Origin: Candidatus Woesearchaeota archaeon
GTDB lineage: Archaea; Nanobdellota; Nanobdellia; Woesearchaeales; JAGLGH01
NCBI GenBank assembly: GCA_030670545.1
Contig: DAOVBM010000003.1
Span: forward strand, 1,765-65,764
Reading direction: 5' to 3'
DNA: 64,000 nt
Both the position numbers and the translations under genes were made by a program. How positions within the stretch are numbered: the stretch's first letter is position 1; each line of letters begins with the position of its first letter. The notes beneath the pieces were generated by a model that worked only from the letters and a program-made list of their open reading frames with translations, searched no databases and was not told the DNA's origin. Shown piece after piece: positions 41,515 to 52,172 of this stretch.

Positions 41515-42618
41515 ATGAGAATAGAAAAAATTAAAAAGGAAAAAATAAATAATAAAAAATTAGTAAAATATTTAACAAGAGATTACAAATTAAGAGATAG
41601 GTCAATAACCATTTTTGCATTACTTCACTCAAGATTCTTAAAAGAGATTTATTATACAGAAGCCTTAGATGTAATGACTGATGGACTTATAACAGTTTAT
41701 GTATCACCAAACGACACAGAAAGAATTAATGTCGATTTAGCTAAAGCAATTAAAAAAGATCCAGATTATATCTCAATAGCATTAAAAGAAGGTATTAGAA
41801 CTTTAAATCTTGTTAAGGAAACCACAGAGAAAAAAATAAAATGGAATATTGATAAAAAGGAAGCATTGACATTGATTAATGAAGCTGAAGATAATTGGAA
41901 TCAATTTGGAAGCTTTCTTGAATTCACTCATGCTTTAGGAAGAATAAATACAAAATTATCTAGATCACAACTAAACACCTTAGGGAAGTTTCATAATGAA
42001 AGAAAAAAAGTATTTCTAAAATTCTTTGTATATTTGGAAAATATTTGCTTATCCATAACAAAAGAATATCCTGAAATCAAACAAGAAGATCTTGCTTACC
42101 TAACTGTTAATGAAATTAAAAAGTATTTTTTGGGTGAATTGGAAACTTCCAAGATAAATAATTTACAAAATATTAGAAAGAAAGGTTATCTATATTATGT
42201 TTCTTCAAAAGGCGCAGAAGAATTGATTACTGATTTTAATAGTATGCGTGCAAAAGAATTACTTTTAAGAATAGAGGATGAAAAAACCCCGGAATTAAAT
42301 GGAACAAGCGTTTCAAAGGGTGTTGTAAAAGGAGAGGTAAAACTTATTTCAATAGATACAAAATTAGGCAAGGAGAATATTTCCCAAAAAATAATTGTTA
42401 CCACAATGACTACTCCTATTATGGATACCTTTTTGAAAAAAGTTGGAGGAATAATAACAGAAGAAGGAGGTATCTTATGTCACGCTGCAATTTTTGCAAG
42501 AGAAACAAATATTCCAACAATTACTCTAATCAAAAAGGTTACCAATATTTTAAAAGACGGAGATTTAGTTGAGGTTGATGCAAATAATGGAGTTGTTAAA
42601 ATTCTTAAAAAGGGTTAA
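41515..42618 (+). CDS. stand-alone helical domain + PEP-utilising phospho-His swivel domain protein
   Basis: C-terminal GVVKGEV, TMTTP, EEGGILCHAAIFARE, LKDGDLVEVDANNG; no ATP-grasp domain. Confidence 0.88.
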   Translation: MRIEKIKKEKINNKKLVKYLTRDYKLRDRSITIFALLHSRFLKEIYYTEALDVMTDGLITVYVSPNDTERINVDLAKAIKKDPDYISIALKEGIRTLNLVKETTEKKIKWNIDKKEALTLINEAEDNWNQFGSFLEFTHALGRINTKLSRSQLNTLGKFHNERKKVFLKFFVYLENICLSITKEYPEIKQEDLAYLTVNEIKKYFLGELETSKINNLQNIRKKGYLYYVSSKGAEELITDFNSMRAKELLLRIEDEKTPELNGTSVSKGVVKGEVKLISIDTKLGKENISQKIIVTTMTTPIMDTFLKKVGGIITEEGGILCHAAIFARETNIPTITLIKKVTNILKDGDLVEVDANNGVVKILKKG

Positions 42619-42830
42619 TCTTTAATAATAAATCTCTCTAACTTATCCTAAATATTTAAGTTCTCCGAAGACCAAATGGAGGAGAGTGCAGCGTGACCAG
42701 GGGATCAACGAGAGCGAAAGAGTAAAATTTCTATCTATAATAAATTCTGCGTAGCAGGTTAGAATAGAGTTAGGGCATATCAATAGAGTGCAAAGAACAA
42801 TACAGATAAAGAAAAAAGGGCAAGTATCTA

Positions 42831-42992
42831 TTTACACGAAAAAAAGCAGAAAGCCTTGCCCTTTAGAGCGAGGATGAATGCTATTGCATTTTTGCTTGCT
42901 GCTTTTTTTGTGTCCTAGAAATCCGTCTCAAAAATCCGGAGCAAGCCCAGTCCTTTAGGGCTGGGTAAGTCGGATTTTAGGATTTCTATGAC
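42831..42992 (+). mobile_element. non-autonomous IS200/IS605-like hairpin element family C, copy 1
   Basis: two hairpins AAGCCTTGCCCTTTAGAGCGAGG and AAGCCCAGTCCTTTAGGGCTGGG; reverse-complement match to 56158-56320. Confidence 0.75.
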
Positions 42993-44361
42993 TTTCAGAG
43001 ATTACTTTAATTTGAGTCAATTCACGAAAACCTACAACTCCGTGTTCTCTTCCCATTCCTGATCTCTTATACCCACCAAATGGATTGCAGGAGAGCCAGT
43101 GAGTCGCATTGTTAATTTCAACAGTTCCAGATTCTATTCGGGAAGCAACTCTTTTTGCTCTATTTTTATCTTTAGTAAAAACAATTGAACCTAAACCATA
43201 GATTGTGTCATTTGCGAGATTCACTGCTTCTTCTTCAGTTTCAAAAGAAACAACAGAAAGGACAGGTCCAAATACTTCTTCTTTCCAAACTCGCATTTTT
43301 TTATTGATGTTGGTTAATAGAGTTGGAAGATAGTAAGCACCCTGTACGTCATCTGGGGAATATCCACCAATTACAACTTTCGCACCATTGTCTACTGCAT
43401 CTTTAACTTGACTTTCTAGTAGAGTTAATTGTCTTTTTGCCACCAAACTTCCAATGTTAGTTTCTGGGTCTTCGGGGTCACCTATTTTCTTAGATTCAAT
43501 TTCTTTCTTCAATCTCTGCACAACCTCGTCAAAAATTGATTTATGGACAATTAATCGTTTAAGGGCATCACAAGTTTGTCCGCAAGTCTTGAATCGCTTT
43601 GCATATATTTTGTTTACAAATTCTTCAATCTCTGCATCTTCAAACAAAATGCCTGGATTGGATCCACCAAGTTCAAGAATTGCTTTAATGAATTTCTCCC
43701 CTGCTAATTTATACAATTTTTGACCAACTTTTGTGCTTCCTGTAAACCAAATTAGATTAATGTTATCATTAACTAATTTCCATCCAATTTCTCCATCCCC
43801 ATATACCTCAGAAAACACCCCCTCGGGAAGTTCGTGGCCTAGCATAATTTTTTCTATTAATTTTCCCATCACAGGGCATTCGTCAGATATTTTGAAAACC
43901 ACAGTGTTACCTGCAAGAAGATTTGGAATAACCCCCCAGACAAACATACCAAATGGGTGATTCCATGGTGTAATAACTGCTGCTACACCAAGTGGTTCAT
44001 ACACAATTTTGTGAATTGACTCTTTATCTTCATGGGTGATTTCGTCAGAAAGTGCAGACTCAACATTTTCTAAGAACCATTTTATTTTTTCAATGTGTCC
44101 ACTTACCACTGATTTACTTTCTGTAATCGCTCTTCCTGTTTCTTTTGTAGTTAGTAAGACCATCTCATCTTTTCTTGCTTTAAAGTCCTCATAAATTGGT
44201 CTTAAAAGTTCAACTCTTTTCTTAACACCTAATTCTTTCCAAGCGAGCTTTGCTTTGTGTGCAGCTTGTACTTTCTCTTGTAATTCTATGTCAGAAGATA
44301 CATCTAATTCTCCAATTATTTCATAGTTTTTACCGGGGTTAGTTGAGGTGATTTTCGTCAT
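42955..44361 (-). CDS. NAD(P)-dependent aldehyde dehydrogenase
   Basis: ITPWNHP, FTGST, LELGGSNP, catalytic GQTC, EEVFGPV, PFGGYKRSG.GRE. Confidence 0.93.
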   Translation of the reverse strand: MTKITSTNPGKNYEIIGELDVSSDIELQEKVQAAHKAKLAWKELGVKKRVELLRPIYEDFKARKDEMVLLTTKETGRAITESKSVVSGHIEKIKWFLENVESALSDEITHEDKESIHKIVYEPLGVAAVITPWNHPFGMFVWGVIPNLLAGNTVVFKISDECPVMGKLIEKIMLGHELPEGVFSEVYGDGEIGWKLVNDNINLIWFTGSTKVGQKLYKLAGEKFIKAILELGGSNPGILFEDAEIEEFVNKIYAKRFKTCGQTCDALKRLIVHKSIFDEVVQRLKKEIESKKIGDPEDPETNIGSLVAKRQLTLLESQVKDAVDNGAKVVIGGYSPDDVQGAYYLPTLLTNINKKMRVWKEEVFGPVLSVVSFETEEEAVNLANDTIYGLGSIVFTKDKNRAKRVASRIESGTVEINNATHWLSCNPFGGYKRSGMGREHGVVGFRELTQIKVISESHRNPKIRLTQP

Positions 44362-44544
44362 ATATTATTTAAATTAGGTGTACTTAATAAAGATTTCTTT
44401 TAAGACGTGTAGTTAGACAGCACTTGTCCCATTTGCCCTATTGCCCCTACCCTTTTTAACAAATAGAAATTTTATTGAACTTAACACTTATTATAGACTT
44501 AAAAAGAAAACTTTATTAAACATCAATTATTTATTCTAATTAAT

Positions 44545-47500
44545 ATGAATTTAATAAAAGATTTCAGAGAAATCTCAAAATCAGATACTATTATCGCTGG
44601 AGGAAAAGGAGCATCTCTTGGAGAGATGACACAGGCAGGAATTCCTGTTCCGCCTGGTTTTGTGGTTCTTTCTGCTGCTTTTGACAGATTCATAGAAGAA
44701 ACAGATTTGAATGTAGAGATTGATGCAGCTTTAGATGAAGTTAATATCAAAGAAGTGCATACTCTTGAAAATGCTTCTGAAAAAATTCAGGCAATGATTA
44801 TATCAAAAGAAACGCCTGATGATATTAAAGAAGACGTTTTGAAATATTTTAAAGCACTTGATTCTAAATTTGTTGCAGTTCGTTCTTCTGCAACTTCAGA
44901 GGATTCTGCTTCTGCTGCATGGGCAGGACAATTAGATAGCTTTCTTAATACAACAAAAGAAACTCTCTTAGAAAATGTTAAAAAATGCTGGGCTTCGTTA
45001 TTTACTCCACGAGCTATATTTTATAGGTTTGAAAAGAAATTAGAAAAAGACAAAATTTCTGTTGCTGTTGTTGTTCAAAAGATGATTCAAAGCGAAGAAT
45101 CAGGAATCGCTTTTTCTGTTCACCCAGTTACACAAGATGAAAACCAAATAATTATTGAAGCAGGTTTTGGTTTAGGAGAAGCTATTGTTTCAGGCTCAAT
45201 TACCCCAGACAGTTATGTTATAGATAAACAAGGATTTAATATTTTAGATATAAATGTGAATGAGCAGAGTAAAGCATTATTCAAACAAAGCAATGGTGGA
45301 AACGAGTGGAAAGAGTTAGGAGAAAAAGGAAAGAAACAGGTTTTATCTGAAAAAGAGATTACTGAATTATCTAAACTTATTGTAAAAATCGAGAATCATT
45401 ATGGCTTCCCATGCGATATAGAATGGGCAAAAGAGAAAGGTAAATTCTATATTGTACAGAGCAGGCCTATTACTACGTTAAACAAAACGAAAAAGGAATC
45501 CAATACAATTAAATTGGTTTTAGGTAATCAAGATATTGATACTTCCATGCTTACATTAGAAATGACCTGGAGAGGCATGAATGATAAAAAGATTAAGTCC
45601 CAAGTTGGATTTAAAACTCCTCTTTTTTCTTGCGAAATTATCAATGGAAGAACAATAAATGGTTATATTAATCCAAAAGAATTTAAAACATTTGTAGGAA
45701 GATGTGTAAAAAGGATATTAGTAGACAAGAACTTATTAAAACATTTGAAGCAAAAATCAGAAGAGTTTGCCTCTAAAGTACAAAATATCGCTCTTGAAAA
45801 TATAAGTAAAATAGATGAGATGAATAATGATTCTTTTGCTAATCTGTTAGAAAAAATGCAGCAATATCAAAAAGAATTATCTTCATATGGAACAGTGGTT
45901 GCTTTTGTAGATGTTTTTGGAGAATTTTCCAACAAAACATCTGAAATTATTAACTCTCGTAAAAATTTAAAATATCCATCCCACATATATACTCAAGTTT
46001 TATGTAACCCTGAAATAAGAAGCCTGACAGAGCAGGCTTATAGTGATATTAAAACATCAAAAGGATCAGAAGAAAAATTGATTGAAAAATATTTTTGGTT
46101 AGATCAAGGATATATTGGAAGAGGAATTAGTAAAAAAGAAATTAAGGATATAAAAAAATGGCAACTAAAAGAGGAAATATTGCCTAAAAAAGAAATATTG
46201 TTGAAAGAGTTATCTTTAACAGAAAAGGAAAAAGATATTTTGAATATTTCTAAACAACTAATTTACATTAAATCATTAAGAGCTGATTCAAGACAATTTA
46301 TTCATGTTGTAGTAAATAGAATAATAGATAAATTATCAAAAGAATGGAATGAACCAGTTCTAAATTTAGAGTCTCTTACAGCTGATGAAGTAATAGGAAT
46401 TCTAAAACAAAAAATGCAAATCCCATTGGAATTAAACTCCAGAGTTGAACATAGTATTTTTACAATTGAAAAAGAGGGCTATAAAATACTTAAAGGAAAA
46501 GAAGCAAATGTTTTTATTGAAGAAAATATTTTAAAAGAAGAACTAAAAGATGTTAAGGAGATCACTGGTCAAGTTGCAAATCCTGGGAAAGTAAAAGGAA
46601 AGGTGAAGTTGATTTTTGGTCCTCAACATAGTAATAAAGTGCAGGAAGGAGATATACTAGTATCAACTGTGACTAGCCCACAATTATTACCTGCGATGAA
46701 AAAATCGGCAGCCTTTGTAACTGACTTAGGCGGAATTACTTCTCATGCAGCAATAGTTTCCAGAGAATTAAATAAGCCCTGTATTGTTGGCACTGAAATA
46801 GCAACTCAAATCTTAAGCGACGGAGATTTAGTTGAGGTTGATGCAAATAACGGAGTTGTTAAAATTCTTAAAAAAGCTAATGGCTCCCCTTGTGATATAG
46901 AATTGGCAAAAGAGGAAGGTAAATCTAAAATTAGTAATCTTAAAAACAATTTTTATATACTACACACTTCTGTATCTGGATTTAGTTTGTTATTATTTGA
47001 TCTTATGCTTAATATTAAAACTTACGGTGCAGTTGATTATAGGGTTTTATGTGAAAATGATATATCTTTAATGTATTTAACAAAAAAAGGAATGAAACAA
47101 GCATACCAATTAAGTAAAAAATTACTCAATAACAATTTGTTTACAAAAATATTTAATGATTCCAAAAAACTAAATGATAATTTAAAAGCATATAAACCCT
47201 CGAATCTAAATGGGAAAAATATAATTGAGGAATGGGAAAAATATGTAAAACTAGTTAATGAATTTTGTCGATTATATAGGTTTTATGAACAACCATTTCA
47301 ACAAGCATTAGAAGAAAATGTTTTAAGCTATATTCCAGAACAGAAATTAATGGAATATCTATCTAATTCTAATAAAAAACAAACAAAAAACATTAACATC
47401 AGTAGTGAGGGAAAAGTTGCTCTTGATAGGTTAATAAAACTTGGAAATATGAAATTAGAATTACATAAAAATGCGGCGAGATTAGTCACAATAGATTTGA

Positions 47501-50500
47501 TGAAGTTTGTGAAGTTTGTCGCTCAGAAAAATAGTATTTCCATACAAGTTGCACAGTCTTTAAGAAATAACGAATTTATGGATGCAATGACTGGAAAACC
47601 TGCTAATATTAGATTAGCAAAAGAACGTTTAAATGGTTGTGCATTAGTAAAAAGAAATAATAGTTGGTATTTTGATTCAGGAGACAAATATTTATATTGG
47701 AAAAATAAGATACAGAAAACTCAAAGTAAAAAAATAATTGGCAATATTGCATTTCCTGGAAAGGTAAGAGGGAAGGTTGTACTACACCTATCATGGACAG
47801 ATACTACAAAACTTAGTAAAGGCGATATTTTAGTAACCGGGATGACAAACCCTCAAATGATTCCCTTTATTAAAAATGCAGGGGCAATAATTACTGACGA
47901 AGGAGGGATCACTTGTCATGCTGCAATAATTTCTCGTGAGATGAGAAAGCCTTGTATTACAGGAACAAAAAATGCAACGCAATTATTGAAAGATGGAGAT
48001 TTAGTTGAGGTTGATGCTAATAAGGGAACTGTTACAATTCTTAAAAAAGCTAATGGCTTCACCAGTGATATAGAATTGGCAAAAGAGAAAGGTAAATCTT
48101 CTATTGTGCAGAGCAGACCGAGAACTACCATGGATAAAATATCTAAAGACCAAAGAATCTTTAAGATAGAGAAAAACAGCAATTATTTTCCTGTAGTATC
48201 TAGAAAACTCTCTTTACTTCACAAAAGTATTGGTGTTTTAGGGATTACTGATAGCAACATATATCAAAGAATTTTTGGTTTTCCTACAAGATATAAACCA
48301 TTTTATGATAGCCAACAAGGACTTTATTTTAACCGAAAATCAGTAGAATATGAAAAAAAAGAGATTTTAAAAAAGATATCAAAAGATCCAAAATATTTAG
48401 AAAAGATTTCTAAAAAATGTGAATGTGATGGAGATAAACTTTTAGATTTTAGTAAACAAATAAAAAAAACAGATTTTTCCAAAAAAACAGATGCACAGAT
48501 AAAAAATATTACTCAAAAAATTTTCAAATCTTATATTGAGTATACAGCATATATAATGCCTATTCTTTCAGTTCAGGAATATTTGGAGAAAAACATTAGA
48601 AAAAATATTGAAAAGACCATAAAAAATAAAAAACAGATAGAGAAATATTTGCATATTTTAACTGTGCCAATTAAGAATAATTTTGGTTATTTTGAACAGA
48701 TTGAAATCTTAAAATTAGCAAATTTTTATAAAAATAATAAAAACAAGATTATTCCTGCTTTAAAAAGAAAGATTGATAGATATCTTTTTGAGTTTAGTTC
48801 TATTGGCGTGAAATATGGAATCGGGAAATTATGGACTGAAAAAAGCGTAATAGAAAGGATAATTTATTTATCCAAAAAATATCCAGATAAAAAATTAAAA
48901 CATTTGCAAGATTTTCCAAAACTCCAGCAAGAAAAAATTGATTATGTTTTAAAAGAACTAAAGGCAAACAAAAATTTTAGAAAATTTGTTAAAATAGCAA
49001 GAATTTATATTTATTTAAGAACATATAGGACTGATATTATAAGCAATGCACTTGCCAATATGTTTCCTTTATTTGGAGAGATTGCCAAGAGAAATAATGC
49101 TGAATTAGAGGATATATTAAAGTGTTTGTCTAAAGAGATTATTAGTTTTGATATCCCTGATAGAGAATTCTTAAATATGAGGAATAAAACAATTTTAATA
49201 AGGAGCATTAATGGCAGGATGTATTATATATACGGAAAGGAAGCAGAAGAATTAACTAATAATCTTAAAAAGTCTGTTGGATTATATAATGAAAAAGATC
49301 AAGTAAACAAAAAGATAAACAGTTTAATAAAAGGTAGTGCGGCTAATATAGGTAAGGTAAAGGGAGAAGTAAAAATAGTTTTAGATAATAGTCAACTGGA
49401 TAATGTTTTTGATGGTGATATCCTAGTTGCTTCAATGACTACTCCTGATTTCGTTCCTGCAATGGAAAAGGCATCAGCATTTATTACAGATGAAGGTGGG
49501 ATATTATGTCATGCAGCGATTGTATCAAGAGAAATGAATAAACCATGCATAATCGGAACCAAAGTTGCCACTAAAGTTTTAAAAGATGGAGATTTAGTAG
49601 AAGTCGATGCAGATAAAGGAACTGTTACAATTCTTAAAAAAGCTAATGGTTCCCCTTGTGATATAGAATTGGCAAAAGAGAAAGGTAAATCCTCTATTGT
49701 GCAGAGCAGGCCGAGAAGTACCTTAAAAAATAAAGATTTAAAGAATAAAGATCAGGAAATATTTCAAATAATACGTGATAGGGAAATTATGTTGGCGCCA
49801 GTATATTGGGTACCAATGTCTATTACTTCGTTAGGAGCTAAGAGAATATATGGGATTATTAATAAAAACACATATCAAATATACAAAAATGGAAGAATGA
49901 AGGCTGTTTTTATAAAAAATGAAGTTGATCAAATTAGGGAGTGCATAGTAAGCAAAATATTAGATGATAATAATTATTTTAATAGAATTAGAAAGCAAAT
50001 TGAAAATAGAGAAAATAAGCTAAATAATTATTTTAAATATTTTAAGTCTATCAATCTATCTGATTTAAGTCTCCATAAAATTATAGGCTTAATCAGAAGA
50101 ATGGAAAAAGTCTACATTGATTATGAAGATTCTAACATATCAGCATGGTTTATTGCAGCAGATAAATTCCAGGCAGAATTAGAAAAAGAATTAAATATTT
50201 CTGAGAAAGATTTTCTTTTACTTCTTACTCCTAAGACTAAAACTGCTGTAAATCAATTAGAATTTGATTTAAATAAATATTTTAAACAAATAAAAACAAA
50301 CAAATTGGAACTTAAAACTGCTGCTCGTAAATTATCAGAAGATTTTGGCTGGTTGCCTTTTGGTTTTGATGGTCCAGAATACTGGGATGCAAAGTATTTT
50401 GAGAATAAACTTGAAGCTATGTTCAGAGCTAATGAAAAAAAGATACTTTCCAAATTTAATACAATGCAAAAAGAAGAAAACGAAATAGTGATTCAGCAGA

Positions 50501-51198
50501 AAGCTCTAATAATTAAATATGGACTAAATAAAAATAAACAACACCTTATTGATATTATGAATTATATAATAGTATTAACTGATAAAAGAAAAAGGCTTGT
50601 AGTTCAAACTTACTATTATTATTCTCTTATATTGAAAGAATTAGAAAAACGATATGATGTCCCATACACAAATTTAAAATATCTGTTTGCAGATGAATTA
50701 TATTTATTAGATGAACATAAACAAAAAATTTTACAATTAAGCAATAATAGAAGAAATAATGAATTTGTTGTTTTATATCAAAAAGGGAAATACACTATTC
50801 TATCCAAAAAAGCACAAAAACAATTTTTAAAAAAATTAACAAAACAATCAACCTCTTCTGTAATAAATGGGATGGTTGCTTCACAAGGTCCTAAAAAAAA
50901 ATATAAAGGCACTGTAAAAATCTTATTATCTCCAAAAGAAGTGGGAAAAATTAAAAAAGGAGATTTTTTAGTGGCTACTATGACTACTCCTGATTATATC
51001 ACTGCAATGCATCGTGCTGGAGGGTTTATAACTGATGAAGGAGGAGTTACTTGTCATGCTGCCATCACAGCAAGAGAAATGAATAAACCATGCATAATCG
51101 GAACCAAAGTTGCCACTAAAGTTTTAAAGGATGGAGATTTAGTAGAAGTTGATGCTAATAAGGGAACTGTTAAAAAAATAAATAAAACAATGAGGTGA
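44545..51198 (+). CDS. giant PEP synthase/PPDK-family protein: ATP-grasp + 4 x (helical domain + phospho-His swivel)
   Basis: GGKGASLGE, VAVRSSA.SED...AGQ, VVVQKM, GLGEAIVSG, DIEWA, QSRPIT; four GG.(S/C)HAAI.(S/A)RE motifs. Confidence 0.92.
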   Translation: MNLIKDFREISKSDTIIAGGKGASLGEMTQAGIPVPPGFVVLSAAFDRFIEETDLNVEIDAALDEVNIKEVHTLENASEKIQAMIISKETPDDIKEDVLKYFKALDSKFVAVRSSATSEDSASAAWAGQLDSFLNTTKETLLENVKKCWASLFTPRAIFYRFEKKLEKDKISVAVVVQKMIQSEESGIAFSVHPVTQDENQIIIEAGFGLGEAIVSGSITPDSYVIDKQGFNILDINVNEQSKALFKQSNGGNEWKELGEKGKKQVLSEKEITELSKLIVKIENHYGFPCDIEWAKEKGKFYIVQSRPITTLNKTKKESNTIKLVLGNQDIDTSMLTLEMTWRGMNDKKIKSQVGFKTPLFSCEIINGRTINGYINPKEFKTFVGRCVKRILVDKNLLKHLKQKSEEFASKVQNIALENISKIDEMNNDSFANLLEKMQQYQKELSSYGTVVAFVDVFGEFSNKTSEIINSRKNLKYPSHIYTQVLCNPEIRSLTEQAYSDIKTSKGSEEKLIEKYFWLDQGYIGRGISKKEIKDIKKWQLKEEILPKKEILLKELSLTEKEKDILNISKQLIYIKSLRADSRQFIHVVVNRIIDKLSKEWNEPVLNLESLTADEVIGILKQKMQIPLELNSRVEHSIFTIEKEGYKILKGKEANVFIEENILKEELKDVKEITGQVANPGKVKGKVKLIFGPQHSNKVQEGDILVSTVTSPQLLPAMKKSAAFVTDLGGITSHAAIVSRELNKPCIVGTEIATQILSDGDLVEVDANNGVVKILKKANGSPCDIELAKEEGKSKISNLKNNFYILHTSVSGFSLLLFDLMLNIKTYGAVDYRVLCENDISLMYLTKKGMKQAYQLSKKLLNNNLFTKIFNDSKKLNDNLKAYKPSNLNGKNIIEEWEKYVKLVNEFCRLYRFYEQPFQQALEENVLSYIPEQKLMEYLSNSNKKQTKNINISSEGKVALDRLIKLGNMKLELHKNAARLVTIDLMKFVKFVAQKNSISIQVAQSLRNNEFMDAMTGKPANIRLAKERLNGCALVKRNNSWYFDSGDKYLYWKNKIQKTQSKKIIGNIAFPGKVRGKVVLHLSWTDTTKLSKGDILVTGMTNPQMIPFIKNAGAIITDEGGITCHAAIISREMRKPCITGTKNATQLLKDGDLVEVDANKGTVTILKKANGFTSDIELAKEKGKSSIVQSRPRTTMDKISKDQRIFKIEKNSNYFPVVSRKLSLLHKSIGVLGITDSNIYQRIFGFPTRYKPFYDSQQGLYFNRKSVEYEKKEILKKISKDPKYLEKISKKCECDGDKLLDFSKQIKKTDFSKKTDAQIKNITQKIFKSYIEYTAYIMPILSVQEYLEKNIRKNIEKTIKNKKQIEKYLHILTVPIKNNFGYFEQIEILKLANFYKNNKNKIIPALKRKIDRYLFEFSSIGVKYGIGKLWTEKSVIERIIYLSKKYPDKKLKHLQDFPKLQQEKIDYVLKELKANKNFRKFVKIARIYIYLRTYRTDIISNALANMFPLFGEIAKRNNAELEDILKCLSKEIISFDIPDREFLNMRNKTILIRSINGRMYYIYGKEAEELTNNLKKSVGLYNEKDQVNKKINSLIKGSAANIGKVKGEVKIVLDNSQLDNVFDGDILVASMTTPDFVPAMEKASAFITDEGGILCHAAIVSREMNKPCIIGTKVATKVLKDGDLVEVDADKGTVTILKKANGSPCDIELAKEKGKSSIVQSRPRSTLKNKDLKNKDQEIFQIIRDREIMLAPVYWVPMSITSLGAKRIYGIINKNTYQIYKNGRMKAVFIKNEVDQIRECIVSKILDDNNYFNRIRKQIENRENKLNNYFKYFKSINLSDLSLHKIIGLIRRMEKVYIDYEDSNISAWFIAADKFQAELEKELNISEKDFLLLLTPKTKTAVNQLEFDLNKYFKQIKTNKLELKTAARKLSEDFGWLPFGFDGPEYWDAKYFENKLEAMFRANEKKILSKFNTMQKEENEIVIQQKALIIKYGLNKNKQHLIDIMNYIIVLTDKRKRLVVQTYYYYSLILKELEKRYDVPYTNLKYLFADELYLLDEHKQKILQLSNNRRNNEFVVLYQKGKYTILSKKAQKQFLKKLTKQSTSSVINGMVASQGPKKKYKGTVKILLSPKEVGKIKKGDFLVATMTTPDYITAMHRAGGFITDEGGVTCHAAITAREMNKPCIIGTKVATKVLKDGDLVEVDANKGTVKKINKTMR

Positions 51199-51203
51199 GA
51201 AAT

Positions 51204-52103
51204 ATGTCTTTTTTTACAAATCTTGTAAACATAGAAGAACATTTTAAGAAGATAAATGAATTCATTGGAGAAACAGAATTCCCAAAAGATAAAATGAATT
51301 CAATAAAATATGAAATAAAACTTATAAATTATTATATTAAATTTATTACAAAAAAACACGAGTCAATAAATCCTGATATAGCTGCTAAGCTAATCTCAAT
51401 AAAGGATCAACTTAATAAATCACATAGGCTTTCATTATTGGAATTTAGAAAAGAATTTCTGAATATAACAAAAGAATTTGAAGCTATTTTTGATTTAACA
51501 CCAGTTTATTTAATGCGGCATCCAGAAAAACCTAAAGAAAAAACAAGGCATCTGTCTTTTGGTGGAGTAAGGCAGGCTAAAGGAGTTGCTGAATATTTAG
51601 CTGAGGAATGTTTACTTTGTCCTAAACCAGTACATGTTTATTTATTTTGCAGCGATGAAAGGAGAACTTATTTATTCGCAAATGTGATACAAAAAAAATT
51701 AGAGCAATTGACAAAGTTTTATGATAAAAAGATTAAAATAGAAAAGATTGTGCCTGATCCTGCATTATATTTTAGATTTACTAATGAAGCTATAAATGAA
51801 ACATTGGAGGAGTATAAGCAAAGTGATTTTTTAGCCTTCACTACATGGATAAAAGGAAAATATAAACTTTGTCCAAATCCAATAAAAGTGATAAAGGAGC
51901 TTGATGCCTGGGTAAAGAACTCAAAAGCAAAGAGACATAATGGAGAATGGACGATTGTTGTTGGGATATCGCATTCATTTATCATTGATGTATTGCTATC
52001 CTCAGTTACTAAAGAACATAAAAGTATTATTCCTACAGCAGGATTTGTTAAATTTAGAGGTAATCAAATGTTTTATGATAATAAATGGTATAATTTTGGT
52101 TAA
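51204..52103 (+). CDS. histidine phosphatase superfamily protein with N-terminal helical extension
   Basis: VYLMRHPE, LS..GVRQA, SDERRT, GISH; GAGGTG Shine-Dalgarno before ATG 51204. Confidence 0.7.
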   Translation: MSFFTNLVNIEEHFKKINEFIGETEFPKDKMNSIKYEIKLINYYIKFITKKHESINPDIAAKLISIKDQLNKSHRLSLLEFRKEFLNITKEFEAIFDLTPVYLMRHPEKPKEKTRHLSFGGVRQAKGVAEYLAEECLLCPKPVHVYLFCSDERRTYLFANVIQKKLEQLTKFYDKKIKIEKIVPDPALYFRFTNEAINETLEEYKQSDFLAFTTWIKGKYKLCPNPIKVIKELDAWVKNSKAKRHNGEWTIVVGISHSFIIDVLLSSVTKEHKSIIPTAGFVKFRGNQMFYDNKWYNFG

Positions 52104-52172
52104 TATTATGATTATACTGGATAGCATAAAAACCTTATTCACCAAGAGGATCAATATCTTTTCAGGGATAGA

